Assembly: GCA_050331235.1 (NCBI GenBank)
Contig: JBHJHA010000076.1
Span: forward strand, 1 to 44,987
Origin: Leptolyngbyaceae cyanobacterium
GTDB lineage: Bacteria; Cyanobacteriota; Cyanobacteriia; Phormidesmidales; Phormidesmidaceae
Reading direction: 5' to 3'
DNA length: 44,987 nt
The number at the start of each line of letters is the position of its first letter. Positions within the stretch are counted from its first letter, which is position 1. Shown here piece by piece: positions 19,896 through 32,787 of the stretch. The notes beneath the pieces are model-generated. The model ran no database searches. It was not told the DNA's origin and worked only from the letters and a program-made list of their open reading frames with translations. The position numbers were made by a program, and so were the translations under genes.

Positions 19896-21755
19896 ATGGC
19901 CCGATCCACTGCTCCGTCCGAATCTCCTTTAGGCCAGCCCAAGATCAGAATTCGGGTGCCTTTGGGGTGGTTTTGGCCGCTGTTTTGGAGTGGGTTGATG
20001 GTTGGCTCTGGAGTGCTAGGGCTCTGGGCGATGGCTTGGCTAACGCGCATTCCACCGCTACCCGACTGTGAAGACGTCACGGCTGCCAGCGCCGACGGCG
20101 ATCGCCTCCTGTGTGCGCAGTCGGCGCTGCGCTCAGGCAGTGCTAAGCATTTAGCCCAAGCGGTGCAGCTATCCGCCAAGTATTCGGAGACTCACCCGCT
20201 GTATGCCGAAACACGGCCGGTTTTAATTGAGTCGTCCGAGCGGTTGCTCGAAAAAGCCACTGAGAAGATGCATGAGGGAGATTTGACCACGGCAGTGGAC
20301 TGGGCAGGGCAAATTCCCTTGAATACGCCATTGCGGGAGCAGGCTCAGTCGCGCATTTGGGACTGGCAGCAGGAATGGAAACAGGGGCAGGAGCTAGAAA
20401 ATGCGGTGGAGCAGGCGATCGCCGCCCAGGACTGGGAGGCCGCCAACGTCGCTTTACAGCAGCTCAAGCAGCTATCGAGCGATTACTGGCTGGGTCAGCG
20501 CCACCAGGAATTGCAGCAGGCTAAGCAGTTAGAAGAAACGGCTTGGCAGCAAATTGATCAGGCGCGGGGCTTGGCCAATACGGGCAATCCGGCAAATATT
20601 GGTCAGGCGTTAGTCATCGCTCAGCGCATTAACCTCACAAGTCAAGCCTGGAGCGAAGCCCAGGAGGATATTGATCGCTGGAGCCAAAATTTGCTGCTGT
20701 ATAGCTTTCAGCGTTGGGAAGTGGGGGATGTGGAAGGGGCGATCGCGGCCGTGCAAAAAGTACCGCCTGATCCCAATCTAGCCCCTGAAGCGCAGGATCT
20801 GATTAACTTTAGCCATGCCATGCAACTGGCGCAAAAGGCCCAGCAGGAAAATCCCAGCTATTTGCAACTGTTTCAGCTCATGGAGGCAATTCGCGCCGCT
20901 GAGAAGATTCCCGCTAACAGCACGTTTTATCAAACGGCCCAGCAGTCAATGAAGGCATGGCAGGCGGAACTGGATGATGTGCGGACACTGAAGTTTGCCA
21001 ATAACGTCGCTAGCCTGCGCCAGGGTTGGGCCTATGACTATGCTGCTGACTTAGCGTGGACGGTAGAGCTGGAGCGACCGCGACGGCTGCAGGCGCAGAC
21101 TCTGATTGCCCATTGGCAAGATGAAATTGAGCGTATTGAAGATCGCCCCTTCTTGATTCAGGCGACGGTGCTGGCCCGTAAGGCGACGATTCCGGCTTTG
21201 CAAGCGGCGATCGCGGAGGCTCGTAAAGTCGATTTGGGTCGGGCCCTGCGCATTGAGGCGCAAACCAAGATTGCTGACTGGCTAGACCAAATTGAAGTCA
21301 TTCAAGATCAGCCTATTCTGAATCAAGCTAATCAGCTGGCTAGCAATGATCAACTGCGAGAGGCCATCGAAATTGCCCAGCAGATTCCTGAAGATCGGGC
21401 TCTACATGGGCAGGCTCAGGCCATGATCAAAGACTGGACGCGCACGATTCAAATCGAAGAAGATAGTCCCCTGCTGGAAGAAGCCAAATCGTTGGCCTAT
21501 CGCGGGTCCTTAACCCAGGCCATCAACGTGGCGGCTCAAATCGCTCCGGGCCGAGCCCTGTATGGGGAAGCGCGCGATGCGATTGACCTCTGGGAGGCCG
21601 AGCGCGCCTACATTTGGAAGCTAGAAGCGGAAGCGGCGGAAGCGGAAGCAGCGGCGGAGTCGGTGGCACCCCCGAGCAGCGACAATGATGACTATCAGGC
21701 GGCCCCGAGCGGTGAGGTCATGACCCAGCCTTCCCCCCCTGATGTAGACAACTAG
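19896..21755 (+). CDS. Conserved cyanobacterial single-TM, helical-repeat (TPR-like) protein of unknown function
   Basis: TM segment followed by PPLPDC...RLLCAQ, then repeated AI..A..IP...L...AQ..I..W units. Long uninterrupted ORF, 16 nt upstream of the next gene. Confidence 0.75.
   Translation: MARSTAPSESPLGQPKIRIRVPLGWFWPLFWSGLMVGSGVLGLWAMAWLTRIPPLPDCEDVTAASADGDRLLCAQSALRSGSAKHLAQAVQLSAKYSETHPLYAETRPVLIESSERLLEKATEKMHEGDLTTAVDWAGQIPLNTPLREQAQSRIWDWQQEWKQGQELENAVEQAIAAQDWEAANVALQQLKQLSSDYWLGQRHQELQQAKQLEETAWQQIDQARGLANTGNPANIGQALVIAQRINLTSQAWSEAQEDIDRWSQNLLLYSFQRWEVGDVEGAIAAVQKVPPDPNLAPEAQDLINFSHAMQLAQKAQQENPSYLQLFQLMEAIRAAEKIPANSTFYQTAQQSMKAWQAELDDVRTLKFANNVASLRQGWAYDYAADLAWTVELERPRRLQAQTLIAHWQDEIERIEDRPFLIQATVLARKATIPALQAAIAEARKVDLGRALRIEAQTKIADWLDQIEVIQDQPILNQANQLASNDQLREAIEIAQQIPEDRALHGQAQAMIKDWTRTIQIEEDSPLLEEAKSLAYRGSLTQAINVAAQIAPGRALYGEARDAIDLWEAERAYIWKLEAEAAEAEAAAESVAPPSSDNDDYQAAPSGEVMTQPSPPDVDN
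21624..21659 (+). repeat. In-frame GAAGCG/GCG microrepeat encoding EAEAAEAEAAAE
   Basis: gaagcggaagcggcggaagcggaagcagcggcggag read directly from the sequence. Confidence 0.7.
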
Positions 21756-21771
21756 GATTCAGGCAATCGCA

Positions 21772-23577
21772 ATGGCGGCGTCTCCTCTCAATCTATTTTT
21801 AGTAGACGAAGACCCGGTCTTTCGGTTGGGCTTGCGTATTTGGCTGGAGCAGCGGGCTGAATTTGCTGTTGTTGGTGAAGCGTCTGATGGCGATATGGCG
21901 TTGACCCAGCTGACCGCACTCCAAACGGCTGCCATGGCTAGCGCAACGGATGCCGGTGCAGCGATCGCGACAGCGGCGGTGGATGTTGTGGTGATTGATG
22001 TGGGATTAGGGCAGGGGCAGCCTGATCGCCTGATGGGCCTACAGCTTTGCGGTCAGCTCAAGCAACAGTTTCCCGCGATCGCGGTGCTGGTACTGAGCAC
22101 TCACACAGAACCGGTTCTGCAGGCAGCGGCGACCCAGATGGGAGCCGATGGGTTTGGGGCTCGGGGGCTCCCTGTCCGTGAGTTGGCGCGTTTGATCCAG
22201 CAGGTGGCGGAGCCGTCCTCGCCAGATAACCGAGCTGAGTGGTCTGAGGATGTCGTTTATCCGACGCCGTTGGAGGGGCCCATTGCCTATCTCAATCGGA
22301 CCTCGCTAGAACAAATTGATCAGGCCCTGGCTGACATTGAGGCTTTAGCATCACAACGGTTTCCCTACTGGTATCGCCTCGTGCTGGCAGGCAAATATCG
22401 CGAACTGCGGGCGGCCCGCTGGTTAGTGCAGCGCTTGCTCCCGGTTGAGGCGGCTTCTGAGGCGGCGGCATGGCGATCGCCTGCTGCTACGGCTGGTAGT
22501 GACTTAACCGACCAGTCTGGTCGCTTACCGGCCCCAACGGTTTGGAGCGACGGCGGCAACAGCGAGGCCCTGACCCGCCTGCGGACAGCCGTGCCAGTGG
22601 CCGTGGGCGATGTGCGATCACGGGTATGCGAAGCCGTTTTTCGCAAGCTACAGTTTCCCCTCGATAACCGTAGTGGCGTCCCCTTGGAAATTGACATTCT
22701 CCGAATGGATAAACTGCGGGAACTGCTCTACACCACGCTGCGATCGTTTGAGGCGCTGTTGGACGATCTGGAACAGGCAGAGGTCTTACCAGGACAATTG
22801 GAAGATCAGGGCGACACCTTTTTGCGGGACCTATGGCAGACGGTAACCGTTGATTTTTTCGGGCGTTACTACACGCCCGCCGTTGATGGCGTTGAGAAAC
22901 CAATGGTGGTTGTCCTGCAGCAGGATGCGCCGGTGGTGGAAACTGAAATTTTGGCGAATATCCCTGCGGTGACGAGCTTGCTGGCGCATTTACTGTTTCA
23001 AGCCCCCCTCGAAATTGAAGGGGCGTCCTACATGGCGTCTACCCCAGAGGCCCTCCGCCGGAGTCAGTATTTGTTAGAAAACCTATTGATTCAGGTGGCC
23101 TGCGGAGTGATGCAGCCAGTCTTAAATCGCTACGCCGATGTGGAATCTTTGAAACGTCACCTCTATCAGCGACGGCTGATCTCAACCCGGGATATCACGC
23201 GGTTTCGCAATGAGCTGTCCTGGCGCTACCGCTGGGATCAGCTGGTTAACGAACCCAAGGCGATGTTTGAGAGTCAATATCGGCTGATGGCTCTGACGCC
23301 CACTGGCCTGCAAATCCATACCGTCTATGCGCCCCGACAAGCCGAGCTGCGATCGCTGTCAGGTTTACAATATGCATTCACCTTGGCTTTGGAAGCGAGG
23401 GATGCAATCGCGCCCCGATTGCGATCTACATTTGCGCTGGCTGGCAGTACCGTGGTGTTTGTGTTGACTGAAGTCATCGGTCGCGGTATCGGCCTGATTG
23501 GCCGCGGCATCGTCAAAGGAGTTGGCAACACCTGGCAGGACATTCGTCTACGGCAGCGGCAGCGAGACGAACCTTAG
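21772..23577 (+). CDS. Receiver-domain plus DUF3685 protein (Ycf55-like)
   Basis: [14 protein letters not shown] receiver start, [45 protein letters not shown] and [14 protein letters not shown] motifs. Confidence 0.85.
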   Translation: MAASPLNLFLVDEDPVFRLGLRIWLEQRAEFAVVGEASDGDMALTQLTALQTAAMASATDAGAAIATAAVDVVVIDVGLGQGQPDRLMGLQLCGQLKQQFPAIAVLVLSTHTEPVLQAAATQMGADGFGARGLPVRELARLIQQVAEPSSPDNRAEWSEDVVYPTPLEGPIAYLNRTSLEQIDQALADIEALASQRFPYWYRLVLAGKYRELRAARWLVQRLLPVEAASEAAAWRSPAATAGSDLTDQSGRLPAPTVWSDGGNSEALTRLRTAVPVAVGDVRSRVCEAVFRKLQFPLDNRSGVPLEIDILRMDKLRELLYTTLRSFEALLDDLEQAEVLPGQLEDQGDTFLRDLWQTVTVDFFGRYYTPAVDGVEKPMVVVLQQDAPVVETEILANIPAVTSLLAHLLFQAPLEIEGASYMASTPEALRRSQYLLENLLIQVACGVMQPVLNRYADVESLKRHLYQRRLISTRDITRFRNELSWRYRWDQLVNEPKAMFESQYRLMALTPTGLQIHTVYAPRQAELRSLSGLQYAFTLALEARDAIAPRLRSTFALAGSTVVFVLTEVIGRGIGLIGRGIVKGVGNTWQDIRLRQRQRDEP

Positions 23578-23752
23578 CCAAGGCCATCATTGGAAAGCTC
23601 ATGATCAGCAAGGTCACATCAGTTGCCGACCCACCGCCCAGAGGGGCGATTGGTGGGGCGATCGCGACAGCATCAGCCAAACGATAAAATTAAATGTGCG
23701 GTTTGCTCATAGCACGCGCCTGCCGTTGTTCCGCAATATTTGTAAGGCTTTC

Positions 23753-25681
23753 ATGATTTCTCCCAGTTCCGTCGATTTCTTAGATGAGTTTGATGTTGTC
23801 GTTGTTGGCGGCGGTCATGCTGGTTGCGAGGCAGCACTGGCCCCTGCTCGGCTGGGGTGCCGGACTTTGCTTATTACCTTGAATTTAGACAAAATTGCTT
23901 GGCAACCCTGCAATCCCGCCGTCGGCGGCCCAGCAAAGTCGCAGCTCACCCATGAAGTTGATGCCCTGGGTGGCGAGATCGGTAAAATGACTGATCGCAC
24001 CTATTTGCAAAAGCGCATCCTCAACAATTCCCGCGGTCCTGCCGTTTGGGCGCTCCGGGCCCAGACGGACAAGCGCGAATACGCGGCTCTGATGAAAGGG
24101 ATTGTTGAAAATCAGGAGAATCTGACCATTCGCGAAGGTATGGTGACCGACTTAGTCATGGGTGACAACGATGAAGTCGTTGGCGTCGAGACTTACTTTG
24201 GCGTCGCATTCAAGTGCAAAGCGGTCATCCTTACCACTGGAACGTTTCTCGGTGGCATTATCTGGATTGGTGACAAGTCAATGCCGGCAGGCCGCGCCGG
24301 TGAATTTGCCGCTACGGGCCTGACGGAAACGCTGAATCAACTCGGATTTGAAACTGATCGCCTCAAAACGGGCACCCCCGCCCGCGTAGATCGCCGCTCA
24401 ATCAACTTTGATGTTTTGGAGCCTCAGCCTGGTAATACCGACGTTCGTTGGTTTAGCTTTGACCCTGAAGTGTGGGTCGAGCGGGAGCAAATGCCCTGCC
24501 ACCTGACCCGGACGACGGCGGAAACCCACAAAATCATTCGGGACAATCTGCACCTGTCTCCGGTGTATGGCGGGTGGGTCGATGCCAAAGGTCCCCGCTA
24601 TTGCCCCAGCATTGAAGACAAAATTGTGCGCTTTGCTGATAAAGAAAGCCACCAAATTTTCCTAGAGCCGGAAGGACGTGACATTCCCGAGATTTATGTG
24701 CAGGGCTTCTCGACGGGATTGCCAGAGAAGCTACAGCTAGCCATGCTGCGTAGCCTGCCAGGGCTAGAGCACTGTGCTATGTTACGTCCGGCCTATGCCG
24801 TGGAGTATGATTACTTGCCGGCAACCCAGTGCTACCCCACCATGATGACTAAGCGGGTGGGTGGTCTGTTTTGTGCGGGACAAATCAATGGCACTACTGG
24901 GTATGAAGAGGCGGCGGCTCAGGGCTTGGTCGCAGGTATCAATGCAGCTCGACTCGTAAACGGTCAGGACCTGATAGTGTTGCCCCGTGAGGGTAGCTAC
25001 ATCGGGACTCTCCTGGATGATCTGTGCACTAAAGAATTACGCGAGCCCTACCGGATGCTGACCTCGCGGTCGGAATATCGGTTGCTGCTGCGATCAGACA
25101 ACGCGGATCAACGCCTGACGCCGCTGGGTCGGGAGATTGGTTTGATTAGCGATCGCCGCTGGGATCTTTTTCAAACTAAACAAACCAATATTCAAGCGGA
25201 AAAAGCTCGTCTGGCTTCAGAGCGAGTGAAAGAGCACGATGATATCGGGCAGCGCATTGCCGCTGATACCGGCCAGCGCATCAAGGGCTCGATTACCCTG
25301 GCGGATTTGCTCCGCCGTCCTGGTTTTCACTACGCCAATTTAGATGGCTACGCCCTGGGCCGTGCGGATCTCGCCCGTGAAGAAAAAGAGGGGGCGGAGA
25401 TTGACATCAAATATTCCGGCTACATTCACCGGCAGCAGGCACAAATTGAGCAGGTCAGCAAAAACGCTAACCGCAAGCTGCCCGAGACACTGGACTACAA
25501 CACCATTGAGACCCTTTCGAAAGAAGCACGAGAGCGGTTAAGCAAAGTGCGTCCTCTCACGGTGGGGCAAGCGTCTCGCATCGGCGGCGTGAATCCTGCT
25601 GATATCAATGCGCTGCTGGTGCATCTGGAAATTCAAGTGCGCCGGCAAGAGGGCGCTGGGCAAGTGGCGATCTCTCAGTAA
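23753..25681 (+). CDS. mnmG: tRNA U34 5-carboxymethylaminomethyl modification enzyme MnmG (GidA)
   Basis: [54 protein letters not shown] and [13 protein letters not shown]. Real start is the ATG at 23753; the track's 23498 extension overlaps the upstream gene. Confidence 0.97.
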   Translation: MISPSSVDFLDEFDVVVVGGGHAGCEAALAPARLGCRTLLITLNLDKIAWQPCNPAVGGPAKSQLTHEVDALGGEIGKMTDRTYLQKRILNNSRGPAVWALRAQTDKREYAALMKGIVENQENLTIREGMVTDLVMGDNDEVVGVETYFGVAFKCKAVILTTGTFLGGIIWIGDKSMPAGRAGEFAATGLTETLNQLGFETDRLKTGTPARVDRRSINFDVLEPQPGNTDVRWFSFDPEVWVEREQMPCHLTRTTAETHKIIRDNLHLSPVYGGWVDAKGPRYCPSIEDKIVRFADKESHQIFLEPEGRDIPEIYVQGFSTGLPEKLQLAMLRSLPGLEHCAMLRPAYAVEYDYLPATQCYPTMMTKRVGGLFCAGQINGTTGYEEAAAQGLVAGINAARLVNGQDLIVLPREGSYIGTLLDDLCTKELREPYRMLTSRSEYRLLLRSDNADQRLTPLGREIGLISDRRWDLFQTKQTNIQAEKARLASERVKEHDDIGQRIAADTGQRIKGSITLADLLRRPGFHYANLDGYALGRADLAREEKEGAEIDIKYSGYIHRQQAQIEQVSKNANRKLPETLDYNTIETLSKEARERLSKVRPLTVGQASRIGGVNPADINALLVHLEIQVRRQEGAGQVAISQ

Positions 25682-25772
25682 TGGGCCTATGCGGGCGATA
25701 CCATCGTTGTCCTCTCATTAGCTAGGCGATGACAGCAGCTTGGGCATACTAGCGGCAGGATGGGGCACGTCC

Positions 25773-25946
25773 ATGGCAGATGTCTTACAGAGCGGCAAAC
25801 TCGTAACTTGGAAAGATGAACAAGGGTTCGGATTTATCCAGCCGGCTCAAGGGCAGCAAGACGTTTTTGTCCATATTTCTGCCATCAAGGACCGTACTCG
25901 TCGTCCCCAGGTGGGAGACACAATTTGCGATTACGCAGTCGTTTGA
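25773..25946 (+). pseudogene. Truncated cold-shock-domain (CSD) ORF, 57 aa
   Basis: GKLVTWKDEQGFGFIQP (RNP1) and DVFVHISAI (RNP2), then RRPQVGDTI. Stops before the last beta-strand (typically GK.RA..V) and has no fused C-terminal domain. Confidence 0.7.
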
Positions 25947-26017
25947 GGGCGCTTGCTTTTACCGTAAGAGGTGGTTGAGAAAATGCCTAGCCTGACCGGT
26001 CGAGCTCAGGCACTCAC

Positions 26018-27298
26018 TTAAGAGGGCAAAAGGGCTTTTTCTGTTGTTGGATCAAAGAGGTGAGCTTTGTCAGGGGCGATCGCGAGCCACAGTTCTTCGC
26101 CAATCTCAAAGGGGCGATCAGGTTCGACGCGAACTTGCAGAATGTCATGGCCGAACTGAACGGCTAAATAGGTTTCGCTGCCGAGGGCCTCAATGCGCTT
26201 AACGGTGACGGGCAGATTTTTGGTGGCGGGGGAACTGAGACTGAGGTGTTCGGACCGAATACCGAGGGTTACGGTTTGGCCATCATAGGGCTTCAGTGTC
26301 TTAACCCATGTCTCCGGCAAGGTCAGGCGAAAGTCAGGATGGGTGATAAGTAGCGGTGCGTTAACGTGTACCGACAGAAAATTCATCGGTGGCGAGCCAA
26401 TAAATGAGGCTACAAACCGATTGGCCGGATGGCGATAGAGTTCCAACGGCGTGGCACACTGCTGAATTTGTCCGGCATTCATGACGGCGATGCGATCGCC
26501 CATGGTCATGGCTTCGACTTGATCATGGGTGACGTAAATGGTGGTAATGCCGAGCTGCCGCTGGAGGTTGACAATCTGTGCCCGAGTTTCGGTGCGGAGC
26601 TTGGCGTCTAGATTTGACAGAGGCTCATCCATCAAAAAAACTTGAGGATTGCGAGCGATCGCCCGCCCTAAGGCGACCCGCTGCTTTTGACCACCGGAGA
26701 GCTGTCGCGGTAACCGACTGAGCAACGTATCAATTTGGAGCATCTGCGCCACCGCGCGAATGCGTTGATCAATCAGTTTGTCTGCCGGGGGCAGATATTG
26801 GAGACCTTTAGGGAGTCGGCGGGTAGCGCTAAAGAGCCAGCTTTGCCAACGCTTGCGATCAACTAAAGCCTGCTGTAACTGCTGGTTGGCATTGGAGATG
26901 AGTCGGTCGGTGGGCGGATTTACCGGCTGGACCAGGAGCTGAGAGCGGCTGCCACCCATGCGTCTCAGGCCAAATGCCAGGTTGTCATACACGGTGAGGT
27001 GAGGATAGAGCGCATAGCTTTGAAAAACCATGGCAATATCACGCTGTTTGGGGGGTAACTGATTGACTACCGTGTTGCCCACTGTGACCGTCCCGGCGGT
27101 GATTTCTTCTAACCCGGAAATCAAGCGCAGCAGGGTACTTTTGCCACATCCTGAAGGCCCTACTAAAACCATGAACTCGCCATCCTGGATGTGGAGATGG
27201 ATCCGTCTCAAGACCGCTTGATCCGTTGCCGATGTGATCGGCTGCTTTCCTTGCCCTACAAAGGTCTTATACAAATTTTCTAGGACAACCTGAGCCAC
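26018..27298 (-). CDS. MalK/UgpC-like sugar ABC transporter ATPase
   Basis: GPSGCGKST, MVFQSYALYPH, LSGGQKQR, FLMDEPLSNLDAKLR and YVTHDQ motifs; C-terminal TOBE-like region; about 60-aa insertion after the Q-loop helix. Confidence 0.93.
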   Translation of the reverse strand: MAQVVLENLYKTFVGQGKQPITSATDQAVLRRIHLHIQDGEFMVLVGPSGCGKSTLLRLISGLEEITAGTVTVGNTVVNQLPPKQRDIAMVFQSYALYPHLTVYDNLAFGLRRMGGSRSQLLVQPVNPPTDRLISNANQQLQQALVDRKRWQSWLFSATRRLPKGLQYLPPADKLIDQRIRAVAQMLQIDTLLSRLPRQLSGGQKQRVALGRAIARNPQVFLMDEPLSNLDAKLRTETRAQIVNLQRQLGITTIYVTHDQVEAMTMGDRIAVMNAGQIQQCATPLELYRHPANRFVASFIGSPPMNFLSVHVNAPLLITHPDFRLTLPETWVKTLKPYDGQTVTLGIRSEHLSLSSPATKNLPVTVKRIEALGSETYLAVQFGHDILQVRVEPDRPFEIGEELWLAIAPDKAHLFDPTTEKALLPS

Positions 27299-27402
27299 AG
27301 TCGAATGTCTCCTCCAAGGGTTTGATGTGGGTGTAGCGGAGCGCTAAGCCTTTTGCCGGCGGCTGGAGTCCGGCGGTCAGCCTGCCCAGCGCTGGCAGGT
27401 GA

Positions 27403-29937
27403 TTACTCCTCAGAGTCATCTCCGTCAGCCTCATTGTCAACCAATGAGGTGAGGGTCACGATCGCCACTTTTTCCCCTTTGGCAAACTTGCCCAAGCGAT
27501 AGGCCGTGGGCGCATCCCGGCCTTGACGAGGAATGGCATCGGTGGGGATCTGGGCAACCCGGGGCTGGGTGGTGACAACTACGACGTCGCAATTGGTCGA
27601 ACAAGGAGCGATCGCCGCGAGCTGATCGGTTTTTTGCTTGAATAGAAAGGCTTGGGTGCCAATGCCGCCCCGGGCCCCTAGGTGAATACCGGCAATGGGT
27701 AAGCGCTTGGCGAAGCCCGCCGCCGAAACCATCAACACACAGTCGCCGGTTGCTTGAATTTGGACACAGCCCACGATGGTTTCTTGTTTGCGCAATCGTA
27801 AGGCTTGAGGCCCCTGGGCGGTGCGACCCATGAGAGGTAGGTTTTCGTCATCGATGGCAAAGCGGATCAGCCTGCCGCCGGAAGTAGCGATCGCGAGTTC
27901 CTCCGCCGCTTTGGCCAGGGTGATAAACGCCAGTTCGTCGCCTTTCTTCAGTTTGACAGCGGTTAGCCCACGCCCCGTCAGGTTTTGAAACTCTGACAGC
28001 GGGACTCGCTTAATGCGTCCCTGTTGAGTCAGCAACACCAGATCATGGCTGAGCACGTCCTCCGTCAATACAATTTGAATGGCGATCGCTTCAGGATCGG
28101 TTCCGGCGGAATTGGGCAGTAGATTAACAAGGGGCACGCCCTTTGACTGCCGTTGCGCCTGGGGAATGTCGGCAATGGTGAGGGTAAAGGCTTTGCCGTC
28201 ACGGGTGAGCACTAACAGCTCTTGGGTCGTGTTTGCGGTCTCCGTTTGCAGAGTGGGGTCTTCATCCTCTTGAAACTCCTCAGTCAGGGAGTCAGTTTGG
28301 CGGGCCTGACGACGCTGGTAGGTGCGCGCCGACGATCGCTTGACATAGCCTTTTTGGGTGAATTCCAAAACGACAGCTTCTTCCTTCTGTTCAGCGAGAA
28401 TTTCGGCTAGCTGTTCGGTTTCTTCTTGCCGTTCCGCTTCGCTTTGGATGCGGGTGCGGCGCTCATCGCCAAATTGCTTTTTCAGCGATCGCAGCTCTTT
28501 TTTCAGAGCCTTCAGTAATTCATTGCGATCGTTCAGGAGGCGCAGCAGTTCATCGCGCTGGGCCGTGAGTTCAGCATATTCATCCTGGAGATTTTGGCGC
28601 TCGAGGCCAGTTAATCGCCGCAGCGGCATCGCGAGGATCGCGTCTGCTTGGCGATCGCTCAGCTCAAAAGCGGTTGTTAACCCCGCCTTGGCGCTGGAGC
28701 CATCAGGCGCATGGCGGAGAATCTCGATGAGCTGATCCAGATTTTCCAGAGCGCGAATCAGCCCTTCCACAATATGCAAGCGGTTTTCTGTCTTATCGAG
28801 GTCGTGGCGATACTGCCGCGTGAGGGTTTGTTCCCGAAAGTTGAGAAATGCCTGGAGGATTTCGCGGAGGGAAAGCTGTCGTGGTTGGCTGTTATCGAGG
28901 GCCAGCATGATGGCGCCAAAGTTGCTCTGTAGGGGCGTTTGGCGATAGAGCGCATTTAAGACCACTTCGGGTTGAGATTCCCGCTTGAGCTCAATCACAA
29001 CGCGCATGCCCTCGCGATCGCTTTCATCGCGAATGTCAGCGATGCCGTCGAGGCGGCCATTGTTTACCAGATCCGCGACTTTCTCAATCCAGCCCGCTTT
29101 ATTGACCTGATATGGCAGCTCTGTGACTATGATGGCGGTGCGGCGCTGGCGACCCCGGCCAGGGCGTACTTCTTCGAGTTGGGTGATGCCCCGCACTGGG
29201 ATGCTGCCGCGACCGGTGCGATAGGCGTCATGCACGCCTTTGATATCAATGATTTCACCACCGGTGGGAAAGTCCGGGCCGGGGATGAGCTCAAACAAAC
29301 GCTCATCAGAGAGGGTCGGGCGATCGATCAACGCAATGAGACCATCGACCACCTCATTCAAATTGTGAGGCGGAATGTTGGTCGCCATCCCTACGGCAAT
29401 GCCAGAGGACCCGTTGAGTAACAGATTGGGCAACTGGGCCGGGAGGACGATCGGCTCTTGCTGAGAGTTGTCGAAGTTATCGATGAAGTCGACGGTGGCT
29501 TCGCCGATATTGTCTAGCAGGGCGTCAAAGCTGACGGCAGCGAGGCGCGTCTCGGTGTAGCGCATCGCTGCCGGGGGGTCATTATCCACTGAGCCAAAGT
29601 TGCCATGCCCAGCCAAGAGAGGATAGCGACTGGAAAAGTCTTGCACCATGCGCACGAGGGCATCATAAACCGCCTGATCGCCGTGGGGATGGTATTTACC
29701 CAAGACATCACCAACCACACGGGCGCATTTACGAAAAGGTCGATCCGGGCTCAACCCCAGCTCATACATGGCGTATAGAATGCGTCGATGAACCGGTTTG
29801 AGGCCATCTCTAACGTCGGGTAGCGCGCGACCCACAATTACACTCATGGCGTATTCCAGGTATGACCGCTGCACCTCTGTATGCAGCGGGGTCGGTACGA
29901 CCTGCCCTGATGAAAGAATATTGAGTTGATCCGCCAT
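27403..29937 (-). CDS. Type IIA topoisomerase subunit A (second GyrA paralogue, ParC-like)
   Basis: [30 protein letters not shown] (catalytic Tyr), GPDFPTGG and RDESDR motifs; beta-pinwheel C-terminal domain without a canonical QRRGGKG GyrA-box. Confidence 0.92.
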   Translation of the reverse strand: MADQLNILSSGQVVPTPLHTEVQRSYLEYAMSVIVGRALPDVRDGLKPVHRRILYAMYELGLSPDRPFRKCARVVGDVLGKYHPHGDQAVYDALVRMVQDFSSRYPLLAGHGNFGSVDNDPPAAMRYTETRLAAVSFDALLDNIGEATVDFIDNFDNSQQEPIVLPAQLPNLLLNGSSGIAVGMATNIPPHNLNEVVDGLIALIDRPTLSDERLFELIPGPDFPTGGEIIDIKGVHDAYRTGRGSIPVRGITQLEEVRPGRGRQRRTAIIVTELPYQVNKAGWIEKVADLVNNGRLDGIADIRDESDREGMRVVIELKRESQPEVVLNALYRQTPLQSNFGAIMLALDNSQPRQLSLREILQAFLNFREQTLTRQYRHDLDKTENRLHIVEGLIRALENLDQLIEILRHAPDGSSAKAGLTTAFELSDRQADAILAMPLRRLTGLERQNLQDEYAELTAQRDELLRLLNDRNELLKALKKELRSLKKQFGDERRTRIQSEAERQEETEQLAEILAEQKEEAVVLEFTQKGYVKRSSARTYQRRQARQTDSLTEEFQEDEDPTLQTETANTTQELLVLTRDGKAFTLTIADIPQAQRQSKGVPLVNLLPNSAGTDPEAIAIQIVLTEDVLSHDLVLLTQQGRIKRVPLSEFQNLTGRGLTAVKLKKGDELAFITLAKAAEELAIATSGGRLIRFAIDDENLPLMGRTAQGPQALRLRKQETIVGCVQIQATGDCVLMVSAAGFAKRLPIAGIHLGARGGIGTQAFLFKQKTDQLAAIAPCSTNCDVVVVTTQPRVAQIPTDAIPRQGRDAPTAYRLGKFAKGEKVAIVTLTSLVDNEADGDDSEE

Positions 29938-30158
29938 GAATCCCTGTCCTCTAAAATTGGGAATTAATAAATCAGTCCCGCTGTAGTCTGCCCACTCAAG
30001 CGGGCCCTAACAATGCTGTAAGGTAAAGGCAAAAGTATTAGCTGACAATAACTTACAGCTACGATGAGTATCTCAACCTTCGTTAGGAGACAGCCCTCTT
30101 TGGGCAATGTACCAAGGTTAGGCCGATGTCTGAGGCTACCGTCGTTTAAGGAAATACC

Positions 30159-30557
30159 ATGAAGACCGTCCTCATTGTCGAAGATGACATGATCAATGCC
30201 CGAGTGTTTTCCAAAATACTCTCTAAGCGTGGGGGCTTTACCGTCAAGCATACTGAGGATGTTGATGAAGTCATGGCGATCGCTCGTGACCGGGAAGCCG
30301 ATGTGATTTTAATGGATGTTTCTCTCTCCCATAGTTTGTTTGAGGGTAAACCCGTTGACGGGATTAAGATCACCCAGATGCTCAAAGCTGATCCCGTCAC
30401 TTCTGACTTGCCCGTCATTTTAGTCACGGCCCATGCAATGCAAGGCGATCGTGAGAGCTTTTTAGAGCAGAGCGGTGCCGATGGATATATCAGCAAACCC
30501 GTGATCGATCACCAAAAGTTTGTCGATGACATTTCAGCTTTGATGCCGAAATCATAG
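30159..30557 (+). CDS. Single-domain response regulator (DivK/CheY-like)
   Basis: VLIVEDD, ILMD (phospho-acceptor Asp), VTAHAMQGDRE and YISKP motifs; 132 aa with no output domain. Confidence 0.92.
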   Translation: MKTVLIVEDDMINARVFSKILSKRGGFTVKHTEDVDEVMAIARDREADVILMDVSLSHSLFEGKPVDGIKITQMLKADPVTSDLPVILVTAHAMQGDRESFLEQSGADGYISKPVIDHQKFVDDISALMPKS

Positions 30558-30800
30558 CAGAACAAACATACTAATCCAATCTTTTGATCGTGCTTGCTTC
30601 GCTGTTGTGGGTCAGGTCTCAAGTACTGTCCCGCTGCCAATCAGTGGTCGGTTTTAAGTGTTGGGTGGTGACTGTTCTGTGTTGAGACTGCCTCTACAGT
30701 AAAGGTCTTGCACCCTGCGTTTGGTTAGCTTAAGGATGTCCAGATTAGTGACTCTGCTCTGAAAGCACAGCCAACCATTTACTTTTTCTACTCCAAAACT

Positions 30801-32698
<1,898 letters not shown>

Positions 32699-32787
32699 TC
32701 ATTGTGTGATGATACTGCCTCAAGTTTGAGCACTGTGTGGTGATCATTGCAAACTCCAGTAGGGTAGGCTCTATCCTGAGGTCGGCG

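Noticed and set aside
23498..23752. 85-aa N-terminal extension of MnmG in the ORF track
   Set aside because: Overlaps the upstream gene and is non-homologous; ATG 23753 gives the normal N-terminus.
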